Shown here: one piece after another, positions 27,317-40,151 of the stretch
Numbering within the stretch: the stretch's first letter is position 1
Layout: every line of letters starts with the position of its first letter
Origin: Tubulanus polymorphus
Taxonomy: Eukaryota > Animalia > Nemertea
Direction: 5' to 3'
Length of the DNA: 64,000 nt
Assembly (NCBI RefSeq): GCF_964204645.1
Contig: NC_134025.1
Span: 682,001 to 746,000, forward strand
The notes under the pieces: model-generated
Seen by the model: the letters and a program-made list of their open reading frames with translations, nothing else
Told to the model about the DNA's origin: nothing
Databases searched by the model: none
Position numbers and translations under genes: made by a program

Positions 27317-27592
27317 CGCAACAGGTTCCGGCAACGTTATAGACAGTCCAGTGTTATCAATAAATTGGAAATTGAATTGAGATAACCCGGTACAAATGAT
27401 TAAAATTCTAGTTTATAACATTTATGACAACACGGAAAAATATGATAAATAATTAATACGTATTCTATTCATCCTGTTTTTGTTGTGATTTGTGTGTTTT
27501 AACTTTGGACTTTCAAGTAATTAGCCTGGTAATGCGTACTGCAAATCAATCAAATTCAATAATTCGTTTATTGATTATTTTCAGTTTGGACG

Positions 27593-30094
27593 ATGGCTTC
27601 ATCAGTGAATGGAAAACACATGTGGCCGATTTTAGATGATTTGCTGAATAAACGTCCGGCAAATGGAAGCAACAGTAATGATCATACCGATCTGGCAGCG
27701 TCCCGGTCAACAATGTTAACAAATCTATCAACGGATAGTTCACAAGATTTATCCGTTTATATCATTCATGATACAAGAACTCCTCCATCCTCTAGCGTTA
27801 CTAACTCTGTTACTGGTCCATCCTTGAAACTGCACGGTTCGACTACTTCAAACTCTGTTACTGGTTTGTCATTTGATACCGATACAACTGATCCTCGTAT
27901 TAAACAGAATGGCTGCAGCGGTGTTGATACGGATACCGTTACCGAGGGTTACAGTTTTGAACGCTGGAACTGGCGTTTAATTCATCGTATTTTACTCGTC
28001 AGTTTTCTGATATTATTAATTAGTTTATACGTAACATGTATCAGTTTAGTGGTAGTTTATTCCAGGCAGTGTTCTAATGAGAGATACTGGTGGCAGGGAA
28101 CGGTTATTTATAGAACTAATATCCATCGATTTTGTCGTCCAGCTCGTGGTATCAGTTTTCTGCAGTGCGCAGAATCTAAGATTCCTTACGTCAAGACGTT
28201 AAACGTTAAATCCGTCCAAATCGGAAATTTGTTAGAATCGAAAACTGACCCGAACGGCCGTCGTCTAGTAACTAACCATCGGAATATTCATTCAGATATC
28301 GGGAATGAACGCGACTTGCGACGATTTCTCGATAGAATTCGACGAGAAAAGTTGAAATTGATTTTAGAATTTCCGGTTGGTTTTACGAGTATCGAACACG
28401 AATGGTTCATTAAGAGTAAATCACAGAATTTACAAACTGGGAATCAATATACACAGTATTACATCTGGAATAATCAGGTAATTCATCTTCAAATCATTGA
28501 GAAAAATTGTTAGAATTCGAGTTCTATATCTTTAGATCCAGTTCTATAGTTTTAGACTGTGGAACTGAATCCACGCTGTGGAACTGGATCTACAGCTGTG
28601 GAACTGGATCCACAGCTGTGGAACTGAATCCACGCTGTGGAACTGGTCCTGTTCCATTTTTCACGAATTCTATCTCATTTTCAGCCATCGAAACATGTGA
28701 ATAATTCGACAACTGGTTTTCATGAAAATTGGAATTACGAATCGCAAAGAAATCAATATTATAAATCTTATATGGATAAATATAATGCGCTGTTGAACTG
28801 GAATTCACCAGCTGTAAGTGTGTCAATCTATCCGGGTTAACTCCCATTCACCTCTCTGACCACACCCACTGCTTTGATGATGACAGAATTTAATTATCTC
28901 TTTAGGTTAGAAACGATATGTACAAAGTGCTTCAGAGATGGTTGAGTTTAGGAATAAACGGAATCTACTTCAAAGATTTAGAACATGTTGAAGTTCATCG
29001 TTTGACCGATATACTGAAACTGATTCGATCGTGGCGTTCACTGATTAACAGTTACTCATCGAACAGTGTCATAATGGTTTCATCAGAATTTATTGATCGA
29101 TTTAAAACCCAAACAGAACCAAACTCCGTTGATGAATTATATAAATTAGTCGATATCGTCGATACTGTAATAGATGTGAATGTTAAAAATAATTTGACCG
29201 ATCAATTTACGGTTGAAATACCTCGTAAATTCATACAGAGTAAGAAGGGTAAGTCGTCTTATCCGTGGCCTTGTTGGCATCTACGTCATATAGATGCGGA
29301 GTTCAGCTTACCTGCAGCTCTTATCACTGCTATTCTACCAGGTTCGTGGTGTTTACAATTTGGACAAGAATTCGGAGACACAGAGGTAAGTCGAATTAGA
29401 TATCAGGAAATTGTGAAGCTGGATCCAGACCTACGGTTGTGAGTTCGAGGTTCACTTTTGAGTTGAAATTAGTTCATTGAGTTGAGTTGAGTGATATCTT
29501 AACTAACAACTGTAGAAATGGATCCTTATTTCTCTATACCTCCTGTCATACATGCAACTCTGGCCTCTCAGTCATGAATTGCCCAAAAGTAAAACCGTTG
29601 TTGAAATTCAAATCATGTCATTAATTTTTCAGGTGTCTTTGGGAAACTCGAGATTGTCAGTTGGTAGTCGCGGCGCTGATGCGATAAAATGGTGGCAAAC
29701 TGGAAACGTTTGGATTCCAACAACGGATCGAATTGGGAACATTGAGAAATCGAAACCAACTCGAGATTTCATGAAATCATTGCTCGCTTTGAGAGTAAAT
29801 GAAGCGGTTTTAATGATGAATGGAATTGATTCTGATGATGATCAGTTATTCACTGGATATTCTGTTAAATCATTGCGTAGTAATACGTTTGCAATACGTA
29901 GGTACTACCCTCGTAAATATAGCTTACTTACGATCGTTAATTTCAGACGAAATGAAATATTCGGCGATTTCTCAGATATTTTATATCGAGGAGACGTAAA
30001 ATTAGATTCACACGGATTTTATTCCGGTTGGAATCATTGGAATGAACTTGCTCTGAAATCTGGTCAGTGTTTATTAGCTAAACAGAAAGTATGA
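27593..30094 (+). CDS. SLC3A (rBAT/4F2hc)-like heavy chain: type II TM plus degenerate GH13 alpha-amylase fold (4 exons)
   Basis: NWRLIHRILLVSFLILLISL..CISLVVVYSRQC..YWWQGTVIY; HSDIGNERDL; SIEHEWFIKS; LNWNSPAV; RWLSLGINGIYFKDL; LPGSWCLQFGQEFG. Exons 27593-28477, 28685-28813, 28906-29385 and 29633-30094. Confidence 0.85.
28535..28650. repeat. Tandem CTGTGGAACTG(G/A)ATCCAC repeats (transposon-terminus-like) in SLC3A-like intron 1
   Basis: About 5 copies. The same motif recurs near 31850, 37863 and 42325. Confidence 0.7.
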
Positions 30095-31352
30095 ATGATT
30101 TGGTATTTAATTTACATAAGTATGAAAAATAGTCTGAAATGTTGAGCTAGCAGTTTATTAGCTTTATTTAGCAGTTTAACCCCTTTCAGTGAAGACTTTT
30201 TGGATATCCTTCAATACTGTTTCAAATGGATTAAAAAAAGATGATTTAGGTCGACTGCCCGTCCTTTCTGGTCCTACTTAGACCTTTATCAAGTATGTAC
30301 TACCAAAATTGAGCGAGCTAGGCCACCCGGAATGCTCTCAAGTCAGGTTGAAATAGACATCAGCTTATATCCTAATAGTGTCATCTTCCTGAAGATAAAC
30401 TATTAGCATCAGGAAACATTTAAATTGTAGTTTATTCAACATTTCAACTTAATCCTAAAATCATCAGGAATATTAGTGTTGATATTTGCTCAAGAAAACA
30501 TGATGGACTCTATTCCAATTGGACAGACTATTTAAATTCATTCTGCTTATATATTGTGTTTAGAATAGAGTGCCTCGAGTTGTTAATATACAGTGATATA
30601 ATCCTATTTATTTTTCATAGATGATATTAATATTTAGCTATCAGTATTTTTAGATAATTGCTACAAGTGTTTTACGTAACATCAATATTTATATTCTTTA
30701 AAATATTTTTGATACATTCAATATTTTTAAAAATAGATATATTTTTTTCAAATTAATAATATATTTTAAAAAATAGATTATATATTTTTTGAAAAAATAG
30801 ATTTACTTTAAAAAAAAATTCTATGCTGTCATAAACATTATTTCATTGGTCAGTGCTGTTTCACTGCTGTGGAGAAGATATATCAAAGTCCGTTAGATGA
30901 ACCCCTCGGTAGTGGCTCCAAAATTTTAGGAACCACCCGAGGACTTCTTTCCTCACTTGCCAGAGCAGCTTCTATAGCTTTAAGAAGCCATCCTTGTCTG
31001 CCAGGGTAGATGAGAGCCACTTTCTTCACTTGCAAAGGCAATATACAATATTGAGACACGTGTAATTAAACAAATAGAGGAATTTATTTTATTCCTTCGA
31101 AGCTGAAACATTTACAGCAAATATGATAAAAATATACATCTATTGAAAACAATATACAACTAAACAGAACAAAAACTGAATATTTCAACAATTTGGTAAA
31201 CTGTGTCTTTAGGAATAAGGTGCACTGTATATTTCTTAAATAATAATAATTATATAAATTTCAGCATGAAAATGCTCAGATCTCTGGTAGAAATATATAT
31301 CATCAATTGATGTATAATCTATAGTGTGAAATTTCAGTGAATTCCGCGTAAT

Positions 31353-33361
31353 CTATAGATCAATGACTGGAACTTCACTGTATTCGGCAGCTTTGAGTTT
31401 TGTTTTATCCGTTGAGAAAAAATTGTCTTTGATGATAACAGGAAACAATATTAAACCAGATAAAATAATCCAAGCTCCGGCGACAGAAAACGTTAAATCG
31501 TAATCACCAGTCAAATCATACATCAATCCTGCAAATAGATAATACACTAATGTGAGCGTTTTGATTCTACCCTAGGATTCTAGTACATTGTAGTAGCGAG
31601 TGCATTTCATAATTAGAGTCGAAACTAACACATAATTGTGTTGATTTTAAACCAATTTTGATCCTCTGTGGGATCATTCATTTATTATGTACGCATGAAA
31701 TTTGAATTTTTCAACCTCCCCTCCCCCTCTGTACGCAAAATCAGCCATTCTTTCATATTATACATTAAGCATTACAGTACGCAATTGCACTGACCTCTCC
31801 CCCTCCCCTAATGCGTACGTAATAAACCTCTATGTAACAATAGATTCAACTACTGGATCCAGTTACACAGTTCTCCCAAGATTTGTGTGAAACAAAACTG
31901 AGAACTGTGCCCTCAGGTCCGGCAGTTGAAACTGTTTTTTAGTTTACCTGCTAGAGGGGTACCGGTCAATGTAGCTATCCCCTGACCTAACTGTAACCAG
32001 CCGAATGCTATCGGCATTTTCTCCAACCCGACGAGTTCTATAACGATAAGAGTTGCCAGCGCGTAGTTTGCTCCGATGAAAAATCCGAATATACTCATCG
32101 CGAGACACATCGCCCAATACTCGAAACAAACCGGCACGAAACAGACGGCACCACCGCATAAACACATAGCAACAGCGTATATCAACACAGGACGGCCGGA
32201 TTTATCGGAGAGGAATCCTAGACCGATCTGACCGAACATACTACTGATTCCGATAACTGAAACTAATAACGAACCGTCCTGCATCGAGATGTCATAAAGT
32301 CTCGCAAAATCAGTGATATAAACATACGGAACTCCGAACCACAAACACAGCAGGAAATTAGACCCGCAAAACATTAAAAATCTCACATTCTTCGCGATCG
32401 AAGGTTCGATCATTGAGCGAAAAACATCCTTTAAATTCACCCAGAATGATTTCAATCTGGAAACGATAGTTTTATCGTCGCTTGTCGTTGAGTCGTTTAC
32501 TGTTTCTCGAACGGTCGTTAATTCTGGACAACTTTCAGTAACATTCACCACTTTTGAGTCGACGCTTAAAATCAAACTAGCTTTACGCCTGACGTCACTG
32601 CGATGAGTCTGACTCCTGCAATGACTCTCGGAGTCTTCGTCATCCGCCAATAAATACTGACTACGATACCGTAAATCTCGTATCCCCGGTAATCGTTTAG
32701 TTGCTGCCGGTGATGCTGGACGTATTGTTGAATTGGTTTCCTTGACAACGGGGATGAACGCGGCTCCGGTTATTAACATATTGAAACAGATCCCGGATAT
32801 GAGTAACAGGGAACCTCTCCATGAGTACTGGACTAACATCGCTTCAATCAACGGCGCGAAGACTAGAGTTCCTATTCCTGATCCACAGACTGCTAGTCCG
32901 GTCGCTAGTCCTCGACGTTTATCGAAATAAAACGACACAGAGACAATGGACGATAAATAACACATCGCTAGTCCGACACTACCGATCAGTCCGATAGTAA
33001 AACAGAGGAATTCAACTGACGTAGCAAAAATACTGATCAAAAATGCAAAACCCGTAAATATACCCCCTAAACGACCGATAATACGACATCCGAAACTCGT
33101 AACTAACGCGCAAATAAACGGACTTATTAACAACGGGAATCCGTATAACAGTCCGACGATTATAGCCGTTTTTCCTTTACTTTGTTGAAAATAATCCAAA
33201 AGTTCGGTGTAAAAAACTCCGAACGAGAACGTGCAACCATCGGCGATTACATAGACGATAAACGCAGCGATTACAACAATCCAACCCCATCCTCCATCAG
33301 GGGCTATAGGGGGAGCCACGGTCTCTTCATCTCGGCGAGCAGGATCTTCTTCCAGTTCCAT
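31353..33361 (-). CDS. SLC16 monocarboxylate transporter-like MFS protein (2 coding exons)
   Basis: APDGGWGWIVV..FGVFYTELLDYF..YFDKRRGLATGLAVCGSG signature. Donor after TPLAG at about 31947, last exon 31353-31527. Confidence 0.92.
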
Positions 33362-34366
33362 ATTGCTATCCACCCACACTGATGAAATCAATCTGTGAAG
33401 AGACTAACAGTTGTTATTATTTATCTTTAGCGTGGATTACTGCTGATTACCAAAACAACATGCACTCCAGCAGAGTTAGTGGCACAGACAGAACAGAGTC
33501 CACAGTACAGTTCTCTATTTATATCGACGTTAACTGGGTCAATTATGCAATAAATCGACTACTGGCTGGCACAGAATCTGATAATGTCGTGATATGAATG
33601 TCAGTAACTGGAACTGCTGTTGATATCGATCTATATTTTAAACCTGTTTGAAAGATTGTTTGTTTAGTCTATGAATAATCGCTTATCACTTATCAGTTTA
33701 AAGTACATACCATTCATTCTTCTTTGTACTTTTACGATGCCAATAAAATGAATTGATTGCCTCGATTGACTGATGTCCCCGGTTTAACTATAAACAGGTT
33801 TCGGATTCGTATATGGATTACGCGGTTTAAGACTTTTGAAAGGATGATTTTTGTGACATTTGTTGTTCGTATTAAATATCTGTCAAACTGTATTATGTAT
33901 CGCTGAATATCAGGTCGTGTTTATGTAAGCTTGCATCTCAAGAAAACAGAGAAAGTTTTGTTTGGAGATTGTTAATATGCCTGGCAGGTGAGGATAGGGT
34001 GGCTCCGAATACAATTCCCTCACTTGCCATAGTCTGTTTAGCAACAGTTCCGGTATATTAATTGTTACTTCCGGTGTAAACAACCCGTGAAGTGACAGCT
34101 GAGTTTATTTTGCGTGTTTTATTTAGTTTATTTAATGCTATTTTGTGTTGATATGATTTTGATAGTTTAAAGTCCGTCAAGGATTCTTTTTTACCGTTGC
34201 CGCATCAAACAAACAAACAAAGCCCCGAGACAGTCGAGCAAAATCTGATAATAAAAAGTGAGTAAAATCTAATCAAACTTCCGTGTTATAAATTCAGGCC
34301 TATAATTAAACTAATTAACAAAAATGTTCTGTTTGTCCGTTTATCAGTAAGAAAGTAAACAGGTAA

Positions 34367-37300
34367 ATGATGGAAACTGGTCGAAAAATTAAAAAGATGG
34401 ATGAAAAATTGAAGAATGGCTCCAAACACAAAAATGGAATATCGCTCAAGAATTCAACAGCTACTGATAAGAAGGCGAAACCGAAACCTTTCTGGAAATC
34501 TATATATTTAGATTATTTTACACCTTTTCCAGCTCAGTGAGTAACGTTTCATTAGATCCCAGGCCGGTAATCCATTCAGACTGTCTGAGTGAGGGTAGTC
34601 TAGTACCTAGCCGTTGTTCCCCAATAACGTCTGGTATTCAGGGCCGGGTAACCTGTAAGATCGGTACCCGATTCAGTCCAATTTATGTAGAATATTCATA
34701 GCCTAGTGTTATTTAAGGTTTTATGTGGTTAGACAAACGGACCAAGACTCAAAGAGAATAGTGAAGATTCGACTCAATTGCTTAGGCATTTTGAAAACTT
34801 TGAGATGAAATGTCAAAACTTGCATTCAGGTCTGATGTTGTTATCTATTTTAGGTTTCTGACGTCGAATGCTCACGGTTTGAACGTATGCGCCACATTTA
34901 TACGCAGAATATTATTTATATTATACGTTATTGTACCAGTCACTGTTTGGTTAAATCCATGGATTATGAAAGAGATTGTTTTTCTAAGACTCAGTAAGTT
35001 TTAACAAGGCCTGACTTTAAACTGATGAAGAATTATTCGTGATTAACAAGTTTAAATCTTTACTCTCTACAGTACATTATCCATTCTTGCTGAATTTTGA
35101 TGATATGGATTATTTCAAACTCGATGCAGCGCTGAATTTCCGTGTGAATGAAAAAGAAGTTTCACTCGGAACGTGGTAAATAATATTCTACGAGATTTTC
35201 CGCAGCAGGAGTCAATCGCTCAAAATTCGGTTGTAAATGCCCCAGTTACAGTTGAAATTGCGTAGGCTTAATTTTGTCTACAACTTAAACCAACTTCCAA
35301 ACAATTGACCCCTGCAAAAATTGAATAGGCCTATTGCTTTTGTAATGCGAATCTGTGTTGTATTTTTTTAGGCATATTCCACCGAAATCTCTCGTGCCAA
35401 ATCTCGCTAAAGATCGTTTAGCTCACGAGAAATCGCTCAGTTCGGGTCATCCGATTGTATTATATTTCCATGGTAACACTGGTACGAGAGGAGGGGTTTT
35501 TCGATTACGCTTATATCGACAATTAGCTGCTCAAGACTTTCATGTGATAACATTTGATTACTCGGGTAAATGATAATTATTGATGACAAAATGGCTGAAA
35601 AATTCTGACTATTCTTTCTTGACATTTGACTGTAAATGATTAACGGTAATTGTTGTAGGTTTCGGTGATTCGCCCGGGCAACCAACTGAACAGGGGATGG
35701 TCGAAGATGGTAAATTGATGCTCAGATGGTTGAAAAAATTCTCGAAATCTTCCTCTATCTATATCTGGGGTCATTCACTGGGATGTGGGTGAGTTTTAAT
35801 CAGGGGGTCATTCACTGGGATGTAGGTGAGTTTTATATGTTGGGGTCATTCACTGGGATGTGGGTGAGTTTTATATGTTGGGGTCATTCACTTGGTTGTG
35901 GGTGAGTTTTAATGTGGGGGTCATTCACTGGGATGTGGGTGAGTTTTAATGTGGGGGTCATTCACTGGGATGTGGGTGAGTTTTATATGTTGGGGTCATT
36001 CACTTGGTTGTGGGTGAGTTTTAATCAGGGGGTCATTCACTGGGATGTAGGTGAGTTTTATATGTTGGGGTCATTCACTGGGATGTGGGTGAGTTTTATA
36101 TGTTGGGGTCATTCACTTGGTTGTGGGTGAGTTTTAATGTGGGGGTCATTCACTGGGATGTGGGTGAGTTTTAATGTGGGGGTCATTCACTGGGATGTGG
36201 GTGAGTTTTAATGTGGGGGTCACGAGTTTCACGATGTAGTTAGTTGTTTTGTCTTTTTTTGTTCACAGTGTTGCTACACGAATGATGAAAGAACTCAGTG
36301 AAGAACAACCGAGTTAGTTTCAATTTTACTCAATAAACATCATTTCACTTTTCATCAGTTCTATTCTAATTCACGTGTTATTAATGATTTGTAGATGATT
36401 TACCGAATGCATTGATTCTCGAAGCTCCGTTTAACAATGTAAGAGATGCTGCTATTGGTTATCCGTTATCTAAAGTAAGTTCTTAAATTCCAAAGCTCAG
36501 TTTCACAAAAAAGTTTTTAACTTTTGAATAGATTTCTAATGTGTTCATTTAATCTTGAATCGATTGAGGAATTAATCTGTTTAAGTGAAGCTGGGCCGCG
36601 TACTCTGGGATTGACCTCGAGATAAATGATGTTCTGATGTTTTGTAGTTATGGTTGTATTATCCCTTCTTTGAGAAATTGTTCATCGATCCGATATTTGA
36701 ATATGGATTGAAGTTTGAAAATGATAAGAAGTAAGTATCTCTTCGATCGTTTTGTTTATGAACCTTTCATTCAGATTTATGACTCTTTTCTCCTAATTCT
36801 ACCAATGTTTATATGTATTTTCAGTGTGGTAAAAGTGAAGGTTCCTGTATTGATAATGCATGCTGTTGATGATGCTGTCATTCCTTATGATCTCGGTGGT
36901 AAAAAGGTTAGATACGTAATAATTCATACCCTTAAACCTCTGTCTGAGTCAATAGAATTTAATTCACGGTTTAAGAATTGTGTTCAGCCAGAAATGATTT
37001 TACTTAAGACCGAGTCTACTTAAGGTTGTATTATTTTTCAGCTTTATGACGCTGTATTAAAGAACCGTCCATCAGACTTTCCATTAGTTGAATTCCGGAC
37101 ATTTGATGAGAAAGATTGTAGATGTGGTCATTATATGTTTAGATCTGACAATACAATGCCGGTGATCAGGTATTTACGCTTACAATTACAATCAGTAGTA
37201 CAGACCGTTGTAACGCTGCCATCCCTATCCATCCAGATACTCCTCACTTGATGCAAACATTCTTCTTACATCAAATATGCCAAATGTTACAAAAATTCTA

Positions 37301-37495
37301 CCTTCCTTACACCAAATTTGTACACCATATATTTTTTGGTCGTGAGGAGTGTTACAGTAGGGCTTTAACTGTACCAGTGTTTCAAAATTGTGTAACTTTG
37401 TTAGTGTGTCTTAATGGAAGATCAAATAGATAATAAATTTAATATTTTGTATTTGTAGGGATTTTATGAAACGTGTTGAAGCTGTGAATGTATGA
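34367..37495 (+). CDS. ABHD12: Lysophosphatidylserine/monoacylglycerol lipase ABHD12-like alpha/beta hydrolase (~11 coding exons)
   Basis: N-terminal TM; LGTWH; VLYFHGNTGTR; FDYSGFGDS; IYIWGHSLG nucleophile; LILEAPFNN; ILMHAVDDAVIP-type acid motif (VLIMHAVDDAVIP); CGH. Junctions are in frame. Confidence 0.9.
35767..36222 (+). repeat. 37/38-bp minisatellite of exon end plus 5' splice site (12 copies)
   Basis: Unit GGGGTCATTCACTGGGATGTGG|GTGAGTTTTA(A/T).. The first copy is the exonic GHSLGCG. Confidence 0.92.
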
Positions 37496-38905
37496 TGATG
37501 CTCGTCTGAAATTGTGGTTTTCTTTTTATTGAAAAATTAACGTTTATGAAGAATCTTAATTATTCTCTTTGTTCCTAATTAAGAATGATTTTATTGTGAT
37601 CATTATTTTCTGAATTAACCGAGTAAATTATGTCTACTGTAATAACACAGAATTGTAATATTAATCTGAATATATATCTCGTGATTATGCAAGTGTTTTG
37701 GAGGCAGCATATTTTTAGATAATCGACTATAGAAATTATTGTAATAGTTATAAAGCGTTTGTCGAAATGTATTTTTGGAATTTTTTGCTGAGTGCAATTG
37801 AAATAAAGCAGTTATATTGACAAAGATGAGTTCAACATGGTTTATAGTGGGAAGGCTTATATGTTTTATCTCTGTGTTGACTCTGTGGAACTGGCTCCAG
37901 GAACAGTATATTTAAGCTTCGAGGCTGAACTTCTAATTCAAAAAACCTTCGGTGGCAGATGAAAAAGATAAATTCATTCACATTTTGGGGAATCTTTTCG
38001 CGATTTTTCGAAAAATTTGTTTCCAAGAGTGTCGGGCATTTCAACGACTGTAAGACAGCTCCACTTCATGCCAGTAGTGCAGCCACCTTCGACTAGTTCG
38101 CCATCTACCGGACAATTAGGTCAGTAGGTATGTCACGCCCGAGGTGACCACAACCATCCCTCAAGATTTTCATCAGTTTTTCACTTATTCGGACCCTCCA
38201 GTCCAGGTTATTTCTATTCAAACGAGGGCAGATAATTCGGATTTTCTTGAGTTTGGATCTACATTTTCCAGTCCAAACAGATCCAAATTAAGTGAGTTCT
38301 ACTGTCTTTGAGAGGATGACAAGACACATTGAAGAGACACCGAATAGTTCCTAAAATAATTCCAGCCATTGTTTGAATTGCGTAATGGATCTTTATTATT
38401 AGCATGCCACAGTTAGAATAATATCAATCAAATAATATCAATCAATGAAGATCTTACCAAACAGAGGAACTTTACTTCATTTATTATTTGAATAGTTTAA
38501 GTTAACAATAGCAAAGCACTGTCGGTTAATTAATACAGAGTCCATACATTTTATCAATTATCCTATAACTTTTTATGCCGCATAAAATCAATGCAGTTAG
38601 AATCGGAATGATGAACAGACCCTGAACAGGATATCAAACATCTAAAACTTCAAGTCCAAGTTCAACTTTTATCTTTCCTGTTGAAAATGTTAATTCCAAA
38701 TACCACATGAACATACACGTAGTTCCAGTATAAACATTATAGATGGTAGTCTGCTACGACGTAGTGGATTTCAGATATATACTTCCTGCTGAATACTTCT
38801 ACAGTCAAACACAGATCTATGTAACGACAGTTCAATCATAGTCCAGTCCAGTCAATCCCGTGTGCAGTCCAGAAATCAAGGCCATATATCGATAATGTGG
38901 CGTGC

Positions 38906-39283
38906 CTATTTTGTCCAACTCACTTTTGGAATATCAAAATGTTCAGTCAAACTGTCCAAGCGTTGATTGAATTCCATGATGCGTTCTTTATGAGTTTTTG
39001 AAGCTTTTTCCATTAATCGTTCGGCTTGTCTCTTTTTTTGGGAGTTCAAGAAAGATAGTTCAGCCTTAGTTTTCTTGATAACTACAGCAGGTTCTGCTGA
39101 TTTTGTATCGCTGCTGTCACGAGCTTCACCTGAATTTTGGATTTCTTGAGACTCCTCACTTTTCATCAACTCCGCTTTTTTGCGCAATTCTTTCTCCTTC
39201 TTTTTCTTTTTCTTCTTTATTGAATGGCTCGATGCACCTTTTAATTTCAGCGCAGTTGTCGAGACGTTATCATACTCCGCCAT
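38906..39283 (-). CDS. FAM32A: FAM32A-like protein (single coding exon)
   Basis: MAEYDNV..LKLKG..KKKKKK..KTKAEL..KASKTHKERIMEFNQRLDSLTEHFDIPKVSWTK, the FAM32A C-terminal signature. Confidence 0.93.
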   Translation of the reverse strand: MAEYDNVSTTALKLKGASSHSIKKKKKKKEKELRKKAELMKSEESQEIQNSGEARDSSDTKSAEPAVVIKKTKAELSFLNSQKKRQAERLMEKASKTHKERIMEFNQRLDSLTEHFDIPKVSWTK

Positions 39284-40151
39284 TGTTGATGTTATTTTAG
39301 AGTTCAATAAAGAATTATTGTATTGTATTGTTACACGTGCTGCCACTGTATTATTGACGGCAAATTCGTGAACTAACTTAGAAACTTTAACTATTTTAAC
39401 GAATATAACTAATTAGTAGTGGACCAGAATGAATTTGGGTCGTTCCAAAATTCTGAATAGTCTACTGATATGCAACAACTGGAAGGATTGAGTGATATTT
39501 TGATACGAGGTTTTACGACATTTCGTTTGATTGTTTACATCGCGATCCTGATTACGGCAAACAATGGAGAGTGAAGTCGTGGCAGAACTCGATTAGTGAA
39601 TCACACTGAATGAAACCTGTAACTCACTGATTTGAGAGAATGTCATTTCATATTCTTAATCGGGATGTTTTCTGAAAGTCTATATTTCGGTAGTTTGCGA
39701 ATGCTTCTTAACTGTCTCTAAAGGTTTGTACGAATTCAAATTTAAAAATTACACAATACTTTCATTATTTACATTTCTTCTTGACATGACATGTCATTAT
39801 TGATTGGATTGGTTTATGAGAGTGATAGATAGTATATTATGTACAGGACAGAGCAAACTTATTAGCCTAGTATAGAATTTCTTTTCGTACCGCTATGCAC
39901 TCGAGAACCAGCCCTTGACCCTTGCCTTGGCCCTGCCATCACACTTTGACAGGCAGAGAGCCTGGATGCTGCTAGTGCTAACTGAGTGCTGGTGGTGGGT
40001 TGCCCTCTTAGCTCGGGTGACGTGTAAGCCACCAATGTCAATTATTGATTTATATTCTGTGCGACAGCTGTAGTATATTCTGTAAAGTAAGATTTCTAAT
40101 TACAGTCGTAGCAGAGAGAGAGTGAGAGAGTGAAGAGTTTTAAATTGTGCT

